Part shown: piece after piece, positions 42,073 through 57,230 of the stretch
How the letters are laid out: each line of letters opens with the position of its first letter
How positions within the stretch are numbered: position 1 is the first letter of the stretch
Assembly (NCBI RefSeq): GCF_009914755.1
Contig: NC_060945.1
Direction: 5' to 3' (one strand)
DNA from: the human T2T-CHM13v2.0 reference genome, Homo sapiens
Length of the DNA: 64,000 nucleotides
Made by a program: the position numbers and the translations under genes
Notes under the pieces: model-generated
Seen by the model: only the letters and a program-made list of their open reading frames with translations
Databases searched by the model: none
Told to the model about the DNA's origin: nothing

Positions 42073-43194
42073 GCACTCTTGCACTCCACACACATAATGT
42101 GCTTCGTGTTAACATTTTCTACTCATAGTCAATTAGGCAAGTAACTAGTGGACATACACACACACAAACACAAAGTATACCTACAGCTTTGTCTTGCATC
42201 CTGCAAAACCAAAGCCTTAGTTGTCCATGTATACTTGGAAGAACTGACCTGAAATGCCCTTCCAGAAGACATATGTGTCTAGATCATTATGTTGCAACCC
42301 TTCGTTAGTTTTGAGTTTTTGCACTATTAAAAGAAGAGCAAAGTGATCACCTTTTTAGTCTCTTATTCCATTACCATAGCTCAAGATGGGCTTCCTTTTA
42401 TTCTTTGTCTATAAAAATATTCTTATCCACCTGGAGAGTCAGGCCAAATACCACTCTCTACATAAAACTTTTCTTCCGGTATAATATTTCTCTTATACTT
42501 CTTTGTTAGTATTTCATCCAGGCTTGAATATGGTCACATTTCCAGATGCCCTTTTCTCGGTTGGACTGTCAGGTCCTGGAAGGCAGGGACTTTTGACAAA
42601 TCTGGGAGCAGCTAAAGAGGCAGTGTCAGTAGAGGCGGCATTTGAGGCGCTGACCCATGACAGGAGGAGCACGGGCTACAGCCGAGGACACACTGCTAGC
42701 AGCCATAACGGTGGCAAGTGTTGAACAAGCAGAAAAGATGTAATAGTTGTGAAGTCAGAGGAGTAGTCAGCGACATTGGCCTGGGTCCTTCCGTGAGGAG
42801 CAGACTCGAATGCTAAAATACACTCCCATGCCTCTTCCCACAGCACTGCCACCACCTAGAATTAAATTTTTGACAGTAACAGCAATCGCGTGTTTTTAGG
42901 ATGTATTCTTTATTAGTAAACTTTATTATTTAATATTATTTCTCTGGGTAAATCCTTCCTCATCCCTAACACTGAATTCTAGGAAAATAGTCTCCCAGGA
43001 ATCTTCTTAGTTGAGGGTAAGGAACTCTAGCAGATTGCTATTAAACAAGTAACATGTAAGTGAATATCCTTACACATCAGTTCATTGTTAACAGACTATT
43101 TCTCTCCTTTTAACCAAGTATTCTCAGTGATTAGCACAGTTCCGACCACACATATAGGTGTCAATAAATATTTAAATGAGTGACTAACAATAAA

Positions 43195-43425
43195 TAGTAT
43201 TTACTTGGGGCTTATGCATGTTGACATGGTACAAAATACTTTACAGATATTGTGTCATTTAATAGTACTGTTATTCCTATCTGATAGATAAGTAAACTGG
43301 ACCTTGAGAGTGTAAATAATTTGTTCTAAGTTGCATAGTTAGTAGGTGGGAAAATTAGGATTTGAACCAAAGAAACCTACATGCAGTGCCATAACTCTTA
43401 ACCTGTATACTACATTATCTCCCAA
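43195..43425 (-). mobile_element. MIR
   Basis: tactttacagatattgtgtcatttaat...agataagtaaactg...taatttgttctaagttgcatagttagtaggtgg...ggatttgaacc. Confidence 0.75.
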
Positions 43426-44639
43426 TACTGAAAACATGCAGGAATGAATGACTGAATGTCCCATACTTGATAAGAGACAATCATTCTCTGAGTTAATTGT
43501 GCATCAAGAATAAAAAACTAATTAGGAGTACAAAGATGCAGGGCACTGCCCATTCTTATAAACAATTTGTTTTGGTAACAGTAACTAATTTTTACTTATT
43601 TTTGTACTTGGGATGGAATGCGCTATCAATTTTTTAAACATTATTTTTAAACCTATCTACATGATAAAAAGAAACTTAAGATGACAACTATTTCAGCAAA
43701 GAATGATAAGTGAAGCACCAGATGCTACATATTTTCAACTGCAAAAATATCATGGGAAGCCAGCTGTATCTTCTAAAATTTCATGATGTCATTGTATGGC
43801 TTCAGGATCTATTTAGCTGCTTTATAATCTTATTAGCTTATCTCTGCTTCCAGTCATGCACTAGGCCTTAATTGCATAGGTTTGTTTATAATATTGTTAG
43901 TGTTCTGGTATCATATTTCAAGCAAGAAGCATCTTGCTTACAGGCTAGTGCACAAAAACTTGCCACCCTGAGCAAAACCTAGTGATCCATTGCAAACTGA
44001 TATCACTGTCCCATTTTTCTGAAGAGGTCATCGTTTCCTGGCATTGAGCTATCATGCTAGTGACTCAGAGTTTTTTATTTTATTCAACTTTTCCCAAAAG
44101 TTCGAGTCTAGGATGATGATTTCAAAGTGTGATGGAAGCGAAGTGTTTCAGTTCAGTGAGTTTCAATGTCACAGTGAAATTTACCACGTTTTCCAGGAAT
44201 CAGTTACACTGCCAGGTCGAGAGAGATTTCAATTATATTAGGGATGGAAATAATTTTGGATTTCTTACAGTTCTACTCTTAATTTCACTGTCCCATCTTT
44301 TTGCCCCCCAAATTTATTCATCATTTTATTGTCTCCAATCTACATTCTTTTACAGGTTAATATTTTCTCGTTACAGAATTTTAGATAAGCTATTGTCAGA
44401 TATTTTCTTGGAGATCTCATACAAATAATTGAGTTGTACCACTTTCAAAAGTTTCAAAAGTGGAACCACTGGCATTTCCTGCCCAATAAGAGAGGATGCT
44501 CCTCATGGCCCTACCAGAACTAACTTGGGTCTTCATAGAGAATGGGTGGCAAATTATCTCCATAAGACACTAGCTCTACCTATATCTACTGGTTAGTTGG
44601 GCAAAAATGAGACCATCTTTCTTTCCCTCATTGCCTTCT

Positions 44640-45240
44640 GTGAGTAAAACCTATTAATTAAGACTCTTCTATGTACAACCAAACAATTCAAACTGGTCTG
44701 GATGTTTGGGGAATGGGAATTGAACTGATTTGCTTCCTTAAGTGAGAAGTCCAGGAGTTTCAGGGATGGCTTCAGGTGGGGCTGGTGTAGGCAAGAGCTC
44801 CAGCAGTGCCCTGGTTTTGCTTCTTCTCAGTCCTCTTGGTGGTAGACTTAGCTCTCCACCCTTGGTATGTTAGCATCATTCTCAGCTTCATTCACAGAGA
44901 CAAGTGGCAGGAATCTCCAGCCTTTAAATTCCCCAAATTCCTAGACCAGCAGAAAAGGACAAATGATATTCCTCATAAGGACAATATAAAATTTCCCCAA
45001 AATCAATGTCACTGGCTTTGATTGGCCTGACTTGGCCATGAGCTCACTGGGAAGCAATTACTGTGGCCAGGAAAGTGTGATGCTCTGATTGGCCAGTTCT
45101 GGATTACAGGCCATCCCTGGAGTCATGGTAGTGTTTTCTCCACAGGGGCCATGAGAACCGAAACTGGAGGAGCCAGTTCCCAAATAGATCAGCTAGATAC
45201 AGTTATGAGAATAGGATGAATGGATAGTGGCAACTACTAA
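44640..45240 (-). mobile_element. Old MLT1 (K/L-like) LTR
   Basis: gagaagtccagga...ggcttcagg, and the twin ctgattggcc motifs around caattactgtggccagg typical of old MLT1. Confidence 0.6.
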
Positions 45241-47229
45241 ACAGCACCATTTCAGTTATTCATCCTACTTATTCACACGTTTGGATATTTTCTCTTTCTC
45301 TTTCTAGTTCTTTTAACAAGCATATTAAACACTCGGTCTCTGTTTTTCTTTGGGCCTGTTTGCTTTGAAGCTGTCATCTTACATCTGGCTTTTTTATATT
45401 TACTCTTGGGTCATGCCTACATTTTGCTTTGTCCTTTTTACATATTATTAAATTTTGTTATCATTGTTTTCTTTGGTTACTGTCCTGAAACATCTAATTT
45501 CAACATCTGCTAATGTATTCATTTCTTCATATTATGTTGCCTGGATTTGGGGATAAATATTGAAAAGTTGAATGAGTGGCCAGTTAGCATCTAAGTACCC
45601 CTTTACGCAGACAATATTATTTTTTTGATAGCAAAGGAGAAAAGTCAGTGTTTTGTAGTAAGTAGAGGGCACAGATGTGAAAGAATTAGGAATGAAAAGA
45701 AAAAAATAAATTAAAAATATTGAAACATCTTAATTACTCTACTCAACCTTTTCTTCATAAAACCTTTTTATTTGTGCAATTAATAACCAATAAATGTATT
45801 TGAATTTTGCCTCCTCTTTATGACCATGCCCACTGGAGCTGTTACTGAGTAGGAAAATGATTAAGAGGCAGGTGGCAGAGGAGCGAAGGATGTGAATCAA
45901 AGAGGCTAGATAATGCACAAGCTCAATAGTGAGCGCTAAATAATTGATACACAGGTGTATACAATACACAGACAGGACACTGATACACATGGAAAAACAC
46001 TATTGTTACTAATAGTCTCAGGTTAGCAGCTGCCTTTCACCAATAATGACTCTTTATAATCAATTCTTACAATAATACAGTCCATGTTTTTGAGCCAGCA
46101 GATTCTAAAATAACTTCTTCTGGAAGCCTTTGGATATATATTTTTCACTTGATAAAATAGCCATTAGACAACAATAGAATGGATACTAAAATCTGTCATG
46201 TATTTACTTCAACAAAACCATCATATATACCTATTGTTAGTAGAATGCAGTTTTTGAAACCCATAATGTCTGCATATGGTGCTACATTCAAGAGACAGAC
46301 AAGGCATACAGGGAAGGTAAGTCTTTCTCTGTCCTTCAGTTACCCAGTTCTCCTTTCCAGAAAATTGCTGTTACCTGTTTCTTATGTATCCTACTACAGA
46401 CAATGTTAGCATTTGCAAACATGTGTACCTCTACAAACATAAATGAATTTTTATATACATACCTAGTAACACATTATTAAGCACCTTACTTTTTCACTTA
46501 TTAACATATGTCAGAAATCTCTAATGGTTAAATTACAAACAAGGATGTTGAGGACCAGGTTTCTAATATAAATTCTGACATTTTGAAGAGTCGTATTGTA
46601 ATTGCTATGATGGTAGGCATAAAATAAGCCAAAACACCCCCTTGGCCCCCGGAATAAACATATGAAAAGAAATGTAAATTCAAATTCAAATGAGAAAATC
46701 ATTGCTACCTATCAAATAAGCAAATGATAACAACAATGAAATAGTTGTTATTTCAATATAAAATCGATAATGCCTATGGCCAATTGCTGAAGCCAGAAAC
46801 CTCAGCATCATTTCTGATTTCTTTCTCTGCTTCATCCACATTTAATCTTTCACTAAGGCCTCCCATGTCATCCTCTAAAGTATACGTATTAAATTTCTCC
46901 GGAGGACATAGCTGAGTTGCACTCGGAAACTGTAAGATAATAATATTTGCTGTTTTAACCCACCATGCTTTGAGCTAATTTGTTTCACTATGATATGTAA
47001 CCAATACACCTTTAATAGCACCTTGTTTTTTTTAGTTATGGTACTTTTTAAACTCTGTCATTGATTGTTGTGATATTTATTATCTCGTTTATAAATGCAT
47101 ACGCCAGAGAGTAAGAATCTTGTGTATTTGGTCCCCAAAATACCTGTGACATTTATTATAGTCCTGAAATTCAGTTGTTGAATAAAAGAATAAATAAATG
47201 AATTGATATTCTGGATTTACTGCCTATGG

Positions 47230-47825
47230 GAAAATGTAAACTGGTGTAAGCTCATTGTCTGTAAGTGAGTTTATCACTTTTGTATCAAAGATCTTAACTT
47301 TGCCAACTCTTTGACCCAGCAATTTCATTGTTAGAAACTTATCCTGGAATATGAAAATTTAGCTAGAATAAAGTTTATTGTAACTGTGTTTATAATAGCA
47401 GAATAGTGTAAACAATGCGTCCCACAATAGAGTATTCAATTACGGCGCATCCTATGTATCCATGAAAAATAATGGTATAGAAAAATATTCATTAACACAG
47501 AGCATATTCACTATATGTGGCTGAGTGGTGCAAGCAAGTTACAAATCAGAAATATAACAATAGGTCCTGTTTACTGACTGTTTAGTGTATGCCATTCACT
47601 GTGATACACACCTTACATGTGTGATGTCATATGTATAGCATATCCAGAGGGGTGTGTGTGTGTGTGTGTGTGTGTGTAGATTCAAAGGCATCAGATAGCT
47701 GCTTTTTCCAAACACTGATCTACATACTTGGAATATGTATATAGAAGGTTATGTCACTAAAATGCTTACAGTGATTATCTCCAAAAGGAAAGGTGGGATT
47801 TGTATTTTGCTTTTTGTTTCTTTCC
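47230..47825 (+). mobile_element. Old L1 (L1ME-like) 3' fragments with embedded (GT)13
   Basis: gggaaaatgtaaactggtgta, ctttgacccagcaatttca, tgtttataatagca, acagtgattatctc. Confidence 0.6.
47652..47677 (+). repeat. (GT)13
   Basis: Direct read. Confidence 0.95.
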
Positions 47826-50800
47826 CTCATTTTTCTACGGTGAGAAGGAACCTCAGGCCAAAATGGAGAGTTGCCAAATGATAAGGGTTACAGATACCAA
47901 ACCTAGAAAAAGGAGCCAGAGAGACAAAGAGCAGAACAGTAGACCAGGGGTTGGGCAGGAATCCAGGACATGCCTAGAATAAGGAGCTATTGTTAATGGT
48001 TCTGCTGGGATATGCTGCCACTTCTCTAAGATAATAGGGATCCTGTAAAGTCTGGGAAAGATTCTGGGTAGTACCTCTGCTGGGCACTGACATAATTAGG
48101 CATTTATGTGCTGCTCAAACTGAATGGTCTCAGTCAGCTGCAGTATGGCCTGGCTGGAGAGAAGGTTGCCAGGTCAGAGGAGCTTTTAAAGAGGTGTCTG
48201 TTCTACTGAGCCCTGCTGGTTTGTGTGATCTGGTATCTTCTTGGTGCTGACTGCTCAGGACTGAGACCTTCTGCAGGTTGAAGCATTTGAAGAACATAGT
48301 CCATTTCACCTATGTATTCTGGTTGGTTTGGCTCTCCTAGTCTGCAGTGTTTAGATGCCTTGTCATCACTTGCCTGAAGACCTGACTGAAATTTGGAATC
48401 GATTGCCAGAATTGTCTATTCCTTGAGCAGTATTGATTTCAAGTGAAACAAAGTTTCTAGAGATATGGGCATGGAGATTTTGTTTGCTAGGATGCTCTTT
48501 AAGTATCAGCTTCAATGGTGATATCAACATAAGAATCAGAATTTTCAACTGTTAGGATGCTATAGGTTCATTCATGGACCAGATTACTCATTTTAATTCC
48601 TGAGATCTTTACTGGGGTGGTCAGAGTGAAAAAGTACGGCATGAACCACTGTACGCAGAAAATCATAGAAATTGTTAAACATCCTTGATCATCCTTCCTT
48701 TCCATGATACTTGTGTTTCTAGAAATTGCACCTCAAAACTTAGTATGTTTTATTGGCATTAGTGCAGAGATTGTATATTCATATTATGTTTAGAACTGTC
48801 CTGATGTTTAGAATTGACGAAATGAGCTCATGTGTATCAAGAAGATGTCAACATTTATGATTCTGTTTGGTTCAGAATCTGTAGAATCACCTCTTGGGAC
48901 ACTTAATGGAATTATAGTGCATTCAAAAGTTTGGAAAACTGTTGTCAATTTGCCGTGCTCTCATATCAAATGTTTAGCCTGCAAAGACTCAAAAGTCAGA
49001 TGGAGTCAGATGATCCCAACCTCTATAAAGATAATCCTGGTATAGGTGACGATCCTCAAAAGAGGATCTCATAATGGTTTGGCAGACATGGAAAACAAAC
49101 AGATTTTTCCGCTCTTTTTCAAAAGGGGTACCATGGGGCCTAATGAGTTTTCAATACAGAATATGTCTCTATATAATCTTGAGTACCTAGAAAGTGAAGA
49201 TACTTGCTGAACAGGCACTTGTATATGGGCAAAAGAACCTGCACAGAGTTGTCCTGATTCCCAGTTTGTGTTACCAGGTTTTCCACCTTGGAGTCCCCAA
49301 GATATTGCCTATCACATGGGAATGGATTGGTTTTGGAGCAGTTGCTAGGTCTACTGGATCAGTGTTTGGCAAAAGCAGTTATCTGATGCCTTTCAATCTA
49401 TCAAGGATCAGAATAGGATGCAACTCCACTCCACCTTTAATTCCATAGGGTGCAGAACATTTGCCTCCCCCCACCACACCCCCATCCAGAATATAAACAA
49501 AGCCTAGCCTGCTCTCTTCTTCAGCGGGCTGGGTGGCTGTTAGATTGGGCCCCTGCATACAAAGATGCCCATGATCATAGTTTTACCCCTTCTACCTTAG
49601 ACATTGCATGCAGCCAGCACTCTTTAACCTTTCAATTTTGTTATCTAGAGCCACAGTCCTTAGGTACCAGGCATAAAGACTGGCTATGACCTCAGGTATC
49701 TTGGAAGGCTGGGGAGAGGGTAGGTCAGCAATGTTCAGTGGTTGTGGACAGAATGGGTGATGATGCTCACACAGGATTGGCAGAGATGTTTAATCCAATT
49801 GTTAATTTAAGTATTATTTATGTCAACAACGGGTTGCTAGGTAAGCATTCGGTACAAGTTCTTCAACCATTTCAGGAGATAATACCACTCAGAGTAAATT
49901 GCATTTAAGGACAAAAGAGCAGGTCAACAGACCCCCTGAATTATATATTTTAATCTGAGCTCAAACTGGAAGCAAAAAATCATCTGTAAGTACAAGTGTT
50001 TATTTTCATAAATGTATTTTTTCATAAAACACATTAGTAGCTAAAAGCTAACAGTTTACTTATAAAGCTATTAAAAGTTAAATAACTTTTCTAAGAAAAT
50101 TAGTGCATCAGAAATAGACCTGAAACTAAACCCCCAAATATCCAATATTGAGTCTTTTACCTGGCTAGATTATTGACCATCATACAGCTTAAATTTATCT
50201 TATTGATCGAGTAAGATAAAAGGAGATGAAATTTCCTGGAAAAAGGATGACTATTTCTTTAGTATCAATATTTTTATTTGACATCTGTCAAGTCAAACCC
50301 ATACTTGTTTTTAGTCATTCTAAGTTATTAAAAACTATTGTTTTATGCTATCATTTTGGAAGGCAAAACCATCGATCTTTCTGGAAAAATTACAATTAGG
50401 CATGTTTGATCACCCTTTTCCATGACCCAGCTCTATCCATCTTGGAGGTAAAAAAAAAAAAAAAAAAAAGCTATAGAAAAGATGTAGGTCATTATTAAGA
50501 AAAATGGTTCTTCAAAGCTCTATTGATTGCCAAAAAAACTATTACTGTGAAAAGAGAAATCTTCAACTACTCCTAAAATAATTGGCTGGACATATGTTAT
50601 ATGTGACCCAATGGCACAAAAAAGAATTTCATTTAATCAACAAAATAGATCTTTCACATAAAAGTTGGCCTCTCATAATGACATACAATAATCACCAATT
50701 TTATAGTGGGCTCCAATATTAAAGAAGCCCTTCTGAAAGCAATTGACTTTAAAGTGGTCTCTGTTTTAACATCATGAGATTCACCTACTGTCCAAACTAA

Positions 50801-52178
50801 ATTGTCTCGGTCAGTTGCACTGTGGACTGGGTGGCCAGAAAGTCCCCAGGTTAGAAGATCTTTCAGAGAGGTGTCTATTCCAATAAGCCCTGTTGGTTTA
50901 TGTGATTGTGGCATCTGCTTGGTGCCGAGTGCCCAGGATTTCATATGCAAATTGAACAAAATAGATAGCCACCCACAATTTTTTAAATGGATTTTTTTTT
51001 TTTTTAAAGAGTAGATTGGGATTTAGAAATTATTGGCCACAATCTGAGAAGGCCACTTTTTTTACCCTGGGTTTTTTAATCTAGAAAAATGAGGAGGGAA
51101 TTGAATTAATAATGTCTAATTCCTTTCTTACCTCTAAGATGCTGTGATTTTGTTAATGCATATTAATGCTTGTTAATATGTTACTGATGACAATAGTTCA
51201 TGTGTGTTCATCTGTTGAGGCATTTTCTTTCTCATCCAAGGTGAGATAACTTTTATCATGACTTTCAGCCTGTTTCATTTTATGAATAACTATTTTGACT
51301 CAGTTTTGGCTAATGTAATCTTTCACTTAAAGTTGGCAGAAATGAAAATTTTGTGAACAAAAATTATTTCAATGTCAATAAAAGTAAAATAATGTAGGGC
51401 AATAGTTTTTCCCTTATTTACAAGAAATTTTTGAAGACATGGCATTTGTGACCCAGCTGAGAATTCTCCTGGTTTATGTAGTGAGGGAGGGAAGAGAGGA
51501 GAGATGCTATTTGCTCGGAAGTAATTAGCAATCTGCAACCACTCATCAGTGAAGAAATGAAACTAAAGCCACCTGTCAAAATTAGAACTATAAAAATACA
51601 TTAACTACCACAAAGTATTATAAACAAATAGCCAGTTTAAAATAAAGTAGTTGCTATATTGAAAAATCAGGATTGTCTATTATTGTTCCCAAGCATATTT
51701 AAATAGGTATTACACAAGTATTCCCTTGATTTTCTCATTATCTTCACCCTGAAATTGATTCTGTGTCTATAGGTGGCTACTGGTTCAATTACTTTTAGTC
51801 AAATCTCTTTTTATGCCATCTTGATCATTCAGTCATGACCAGCTAATCACATTGGTAACTTATTCAACATGAATGACTCAGTGAAAAGACCACAAAATCT
51901 CAAAGTCAGCTGTTTTCCCCATGGGTCTTCCTTCATATAAACACAGGACAAAGGTACGCTTTACATCCATTCATTTTAAATTACCAAAATGTCTCTGGTT
52001 TTCATGACTGCAGACTATAGAGTACAGATTTCAGGTAAGCTAGTTTTCTCTCAGATTGCCAAAGAAATGCAAAATTGCCTTTACTATTAAATTACATTTA
52101 ACCATTCAATCTATCTGTAACTTCATTTCTTTCTTACATACACATGTTTAAAGTTATTTAAAGTAATATCTGCACAAC

Positions 52179-52518
52179 TGATATGGTTTGGCTGTGTCCT
52201 CACCCAAATCTCATCTTGAATTGTAGTTCCCATAATCCTCACGTGTCATGGTTTCGCCCATGCTGTTCTCATGATAGTGAGTGAGTTCTCACGAGATCTG
52301 ATGGCTTTATAAGTGTCTGGCATTTCCCATGCTGGCACGCACTCTCTCCTGTCACCTTGAGAAGAAGGTTCCTGCTTCTGCTTTGCCTTCCGCCATGATT
52401 GTAAGTTTTCTGAGGCCTCCCCAGCCATGCAGAACAGTGAGTAAATTAAATCTCTTTTCTTTATAAATTACTCAGTCTCAGGTATTCCTTTATTGCAGCA
52501 TGAGAACAGACTAATACA
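52179..52518 (+). mobile_element. THE1 (D-like) MaLR solo LTR with an internal deletion
   Basis: tgatatggtttggctgtgtc...gaacagactaataca; 5-bp TSD ACAAC on both sides. Confidence 0.9.
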
Positions 52519-52643
52519 ACAACTGTATACAAATTTTGGGAAAAATTAAAAAAAAACAAAATTTACATGTAATCATAAAATAACCATTAATATTTTACTT
52601 TGTTTTTTATCCTAACCTTTTTCTAACACATAAACATATTCAC

Positions 52644-52952
<309 letters not shown>

Positions 52953-53619
52953 CTATCGCATTTCTCTATGCATGTTTATCTGTTTGCACACATGGATATG
53001 TATGTGCATGTATATGCATTGTATTACGAATATAGTTTATTATTTTTCTTTTACTCCTTTAAAAAAATTTCAATACAGTGTCATGGGCGTGTCCCTATAT
53101 TTATTAAGTAGTCTTCAAAAATCTAATTATATAGTCTGTAATATCATCAAAGTATTCACGATATTTTTAACGTATTTATTATCGAATATTAGCATTTCCA
53201 TTTAGAATTCACATCATTTTTGAAGACTGCTCCAGAGTTACATATCTGATAATTCTGCAGCCATAACCAAATATTTACATCCTAATCTTCATATTTATTA
53301 TATTTAATGGCTCTATTGTCTCCTTAATTGTAGTCATCTGGCCAGGACCAGAGTGAGAGGACTTTCTAATGTCATTTCATTTTGATGACTCTATATATCA
53401 GTAAGAAAACAACTCTTCTTTCCAAGCAAAACGTTCTTTTCTCTTTAGTGCCCAACAAAGAATCTTCAATCTGCGTATACTATACAAGAGAGAAGTAAGT
53501 GGATTGACCCATAAAAGGAAAAAAGAATTAGCATTTTCCTTTACTGTTACCTGGTTTATAGAACATTAAAACATCTGCCAAAGGCTATGATAGTTTAGTC
53601 TATTTTAATATGGAAGCAG

Positions 53620-53640
53620 TATATATATATATATATATAT
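53620..53640 (+). repeat. (TA)10
   Basis: Direct read. Confidence 0.95.
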
Positions 53641-53789
53641 GGTTTTGTCTTTTTCTGCATTAGAAAAATGAAATGTGGTGGTTCTTTTCTGGGACTGTTG
53701 TTGGAAGTTTAATCCCTCCCTCCCCTCAAGAGAAGGAAAACGCAATTTCTCAGTTTCTTATGATCTGGTATCAAGTTTAATGAATCATC

Positions 53790-54580
53790 AGGTTACATTA
53801 CACAAGGGTTGGGAAGACATGGGAAGATGGGAGTTTTACACACCATTGGAAGAATATAAATTGGTACAACAGCTTTGGAAGTTAATGATGTCTATTCAAG
53901 TTAAAGGTATACATTCTTTATAACCATCAATCCTATTCTCAGTCAGGTACAAAAGGAGCCAAATATATTAATGGTGTTCATCTCAGCATTGTATAATAAA
54001 TAATAGCAAATAATAAAAAAATTATTGCAAATAATAAATAAGAAATACAATAAAAATAGCAAATAACAAATAACAAAAAATTGAAAAAATAGCAAAAAAT
54101 AAATAATAGCAAAATTTGGAGAACCTAAGTAACTACAAATGAGAGAATAGACTAATTATGATGTGTTTGTATAATAGAATTCCATACAGCAGTTACAAGG
54201 TATAAACTAGATGTGTAGGCAACAATATGGACAAAACTAAAAAGTCATGATGAATGATAACGGTAAATTGCAGAAGTATATATGCACAATGATTCCATTC
54301 ATGTAATGTTTAAAAACAATATCACTTCTGGATTATGGTTATCCCTGAGGAGGTGGGGAGGGAAGCACAGAGGGATGGGAATAGAATGAGGGATGATATA
54401 AAGAGGTGTCAATAATATCTCTAACATTCTAGTTCTTAGAAAGAATACAATTTCAGAAGCACATTTGGCAAAATACTAACATTTGTTATATCTGGGTGGT
54501 GGGTAAACAAATATGTGTTATATTCATCTCTGTAGTTTTCTGTATGTTTGAAATGTTTTATGATTTTAAAATGCTTAAAT
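53790..54580 (+). mobile_element. Old L1 (L1ME-like) 3' region
   Basis: tataaattggtacaacagctttggaa, gaattccatacagcagtta, tgattccattcatgtaa, atggttatccctgagg, atctgggtggtgggta. Confidence 0.7.
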
Positions 54581-55312
54581 ATTATTTAAAAGTTCTACTG
54601 TAAATGTCAGGGAGAAGAGCTTAAGCATTTGTTTTGGGGTGCCAGGGGGGAAGGTAGGAAGGTGGAAATTGAGAAAACTTGGGAAATGGTGGGGAAAAGC
54701 TTTACTGTCTGTCACAGGAAATTGGCATCTCTTCAGGAATGGAGAGTACGTATGTACTGACACTTTCATTTGTCAAAAGCCAGGTGTGAATGGCACGGAC
54801 TTTGCTTAGTCTTTGTCTGTCTGACTATGCCAGGTGGACATCTCCCATAGTGCCCCAGGATGGCCAGAAATAGAAAGGCCCAGGTTGTTTCATGAAAATG
54901 CTATTGGAAATTACATTCTTCTGGGTCCTAAGACACCTATTTTCAAACCTGTTACCACTGGCACACATGCCCACACAAAGTTAGCAAAGAATATAAGACA
55001 AATGTTATTTGTTGGCAAAAAAGAAGTTGCTCATTTTATGCGCAATGTTGGCAACAGTGGTAAAACTGGCACTTTGCTCACTACGAGTGGGATTGCAAAT
55101 TGGGACAATTTGCCAATAAGTGTCATGAATCTTAAAAGCACAAAACTTTCTGACCCTGTGATTCCTTATTCTAAAGAATCAGAAATGTGAAGGAGTTGTT
55201 CACAACAGTACTATTCATAATACAGACTTAGAACAGCTTAAATGTCTGACAATATTGAAATGAACAAATTATTGTCATTACTGCAATACAATGGAACATT
55301 CTACAATTGTTA

Positions 55313-55649
<337 letters not shown>

Positions 55650-57039
55650 CTAGAAGGCATAATATTGAAACATATTTATTTACACGAGGAAAATATTCAC
55701 GATATATTTTGTTCAAGAAAAAAATCACAATACAAAATGGAATATACATAACAATGAAAATTTAACAAAATATATTTGCATATTTATATGTACAAATGAC
55801 AGAGGAAATATTTCAAAAAGTTATTACCTTATGATTTTTATTTATTTTTCATTTATTTATATTTTGCATGTGTCCTATAATAAACATGTTTTAATAAAAA
55901 AATTCAGAAGACAATTGGACACTAAAATAATAAACATTTTGTAGTCCTCCATTCACTTTCATAACAGACATTTTATGTAGAAAGAGAATTGGTCTGGGAG
56001 TCCAAATACGAGATCTTTTCTTTCTTATAACATTTGCTTTGTATGTCTCTCTGGTCCCAAAACTTGTCATCTGTAAAACTGAGCCATAATACATACCCTA
56101 CCTAGTGAGTTAATATGCTGGATTAGCAATCAGCATATGAAGGCCTTTGAAATCTGCGCTTATTTCTTGTTTTAGGCTTGCTCTCCTTCAAATCCCTCCA
56201 TTGCAGCCCAGTGGGCTGCCTTTTCCATGAACTTCATTCACCTATTCCTTTTCCTGCAACCCTCTTCCAACTATGTAAAAAGCACAGTCTCCTCTTTCAC
56301 AGCACTCGCCTCTGGTATTGCAATATATTTTTCCCATCACATCCACTAGACTGTGAACTCTTGAGGTTGTTTATGTTTTATTCTCCTTTATCCCATTAGT
56401 GCCTAGCACAATTCCTGACACATCATCAGTAAATATTTGTTGAGTGCATAAGTAAAAGAGAATATGTATTGTAAAAGCAATTTGCAAACTGCAAAGTGCT
56501 GTAAAGTAAGCATTCCTTATTTCATACGTGCAAAGATCTCAACATTAAGCATGTATTAGCAATGCAATGCAATATGTAGGAATTGAGTAACAAACTCAAG
56601 ATTATCATGAGCATTTGTAAATTTGTAAATTTGACTAAATCTTCTGGAGGTGTTTAAATGAACAGGAAATTTTCCTAGGCTACACTACAAGGAAAAGTCA
56701 AAAAAACAATATTTTTCAGATATGGTTAAAAAGAAACCCACTAGGATCCAATATGAATAGCATATAATATGAAGTATTTAGATAGAGATGAGCAATATCA
56801 ATACTACTTAGTGAGAAAGGCTTAGCTGGCACCACCGTCATGATATCATGGTTGTTAAGCATCCTCACAGTACAGGAGTACAGATTATAGGAAGCCACAG
56901 AATAGGGTCATTGGTGCCAGTCTACTGTTATGAAAGCTAATATAACATGGGGATATACTACTAAGCATAACATCCTGCAGTGGCCAGCAAACCATCTAGA
57001 AGCTAAAACTAAGCCAGGTCCACAGAAGGCTTTGTCCCA

Positions 57040-57230
57040 TTTGGGGCTCTATATTTTTTAAGTGATTTGGAAAGTTGGAAATGAACCAGGGAAGAGCAAC
57101 AAAAATAATTAGCGTTGGCAAATGGACCTATGGGGAACAAAAGGGAAAAGAACTTGGAATTATTTGAGCTGAAGAAGAAATTGCTGCAGGGTGACCTCAT
57201 AATCACTTTCAACGGATAAAAGGGTATCAT
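57040..57230 (+). mobile_element. CR1/L3 LINE ORF2 C-terminal fragment
   Basis: Translation from 57148, KNLELFELKKKLLQGDLIITFNG*KG, plus upstream RATKII, matches the CR1 motif RATKMI...LKELGLFSLEKRRLRGDLI.VFKYLKG. Confidence 0.7.
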
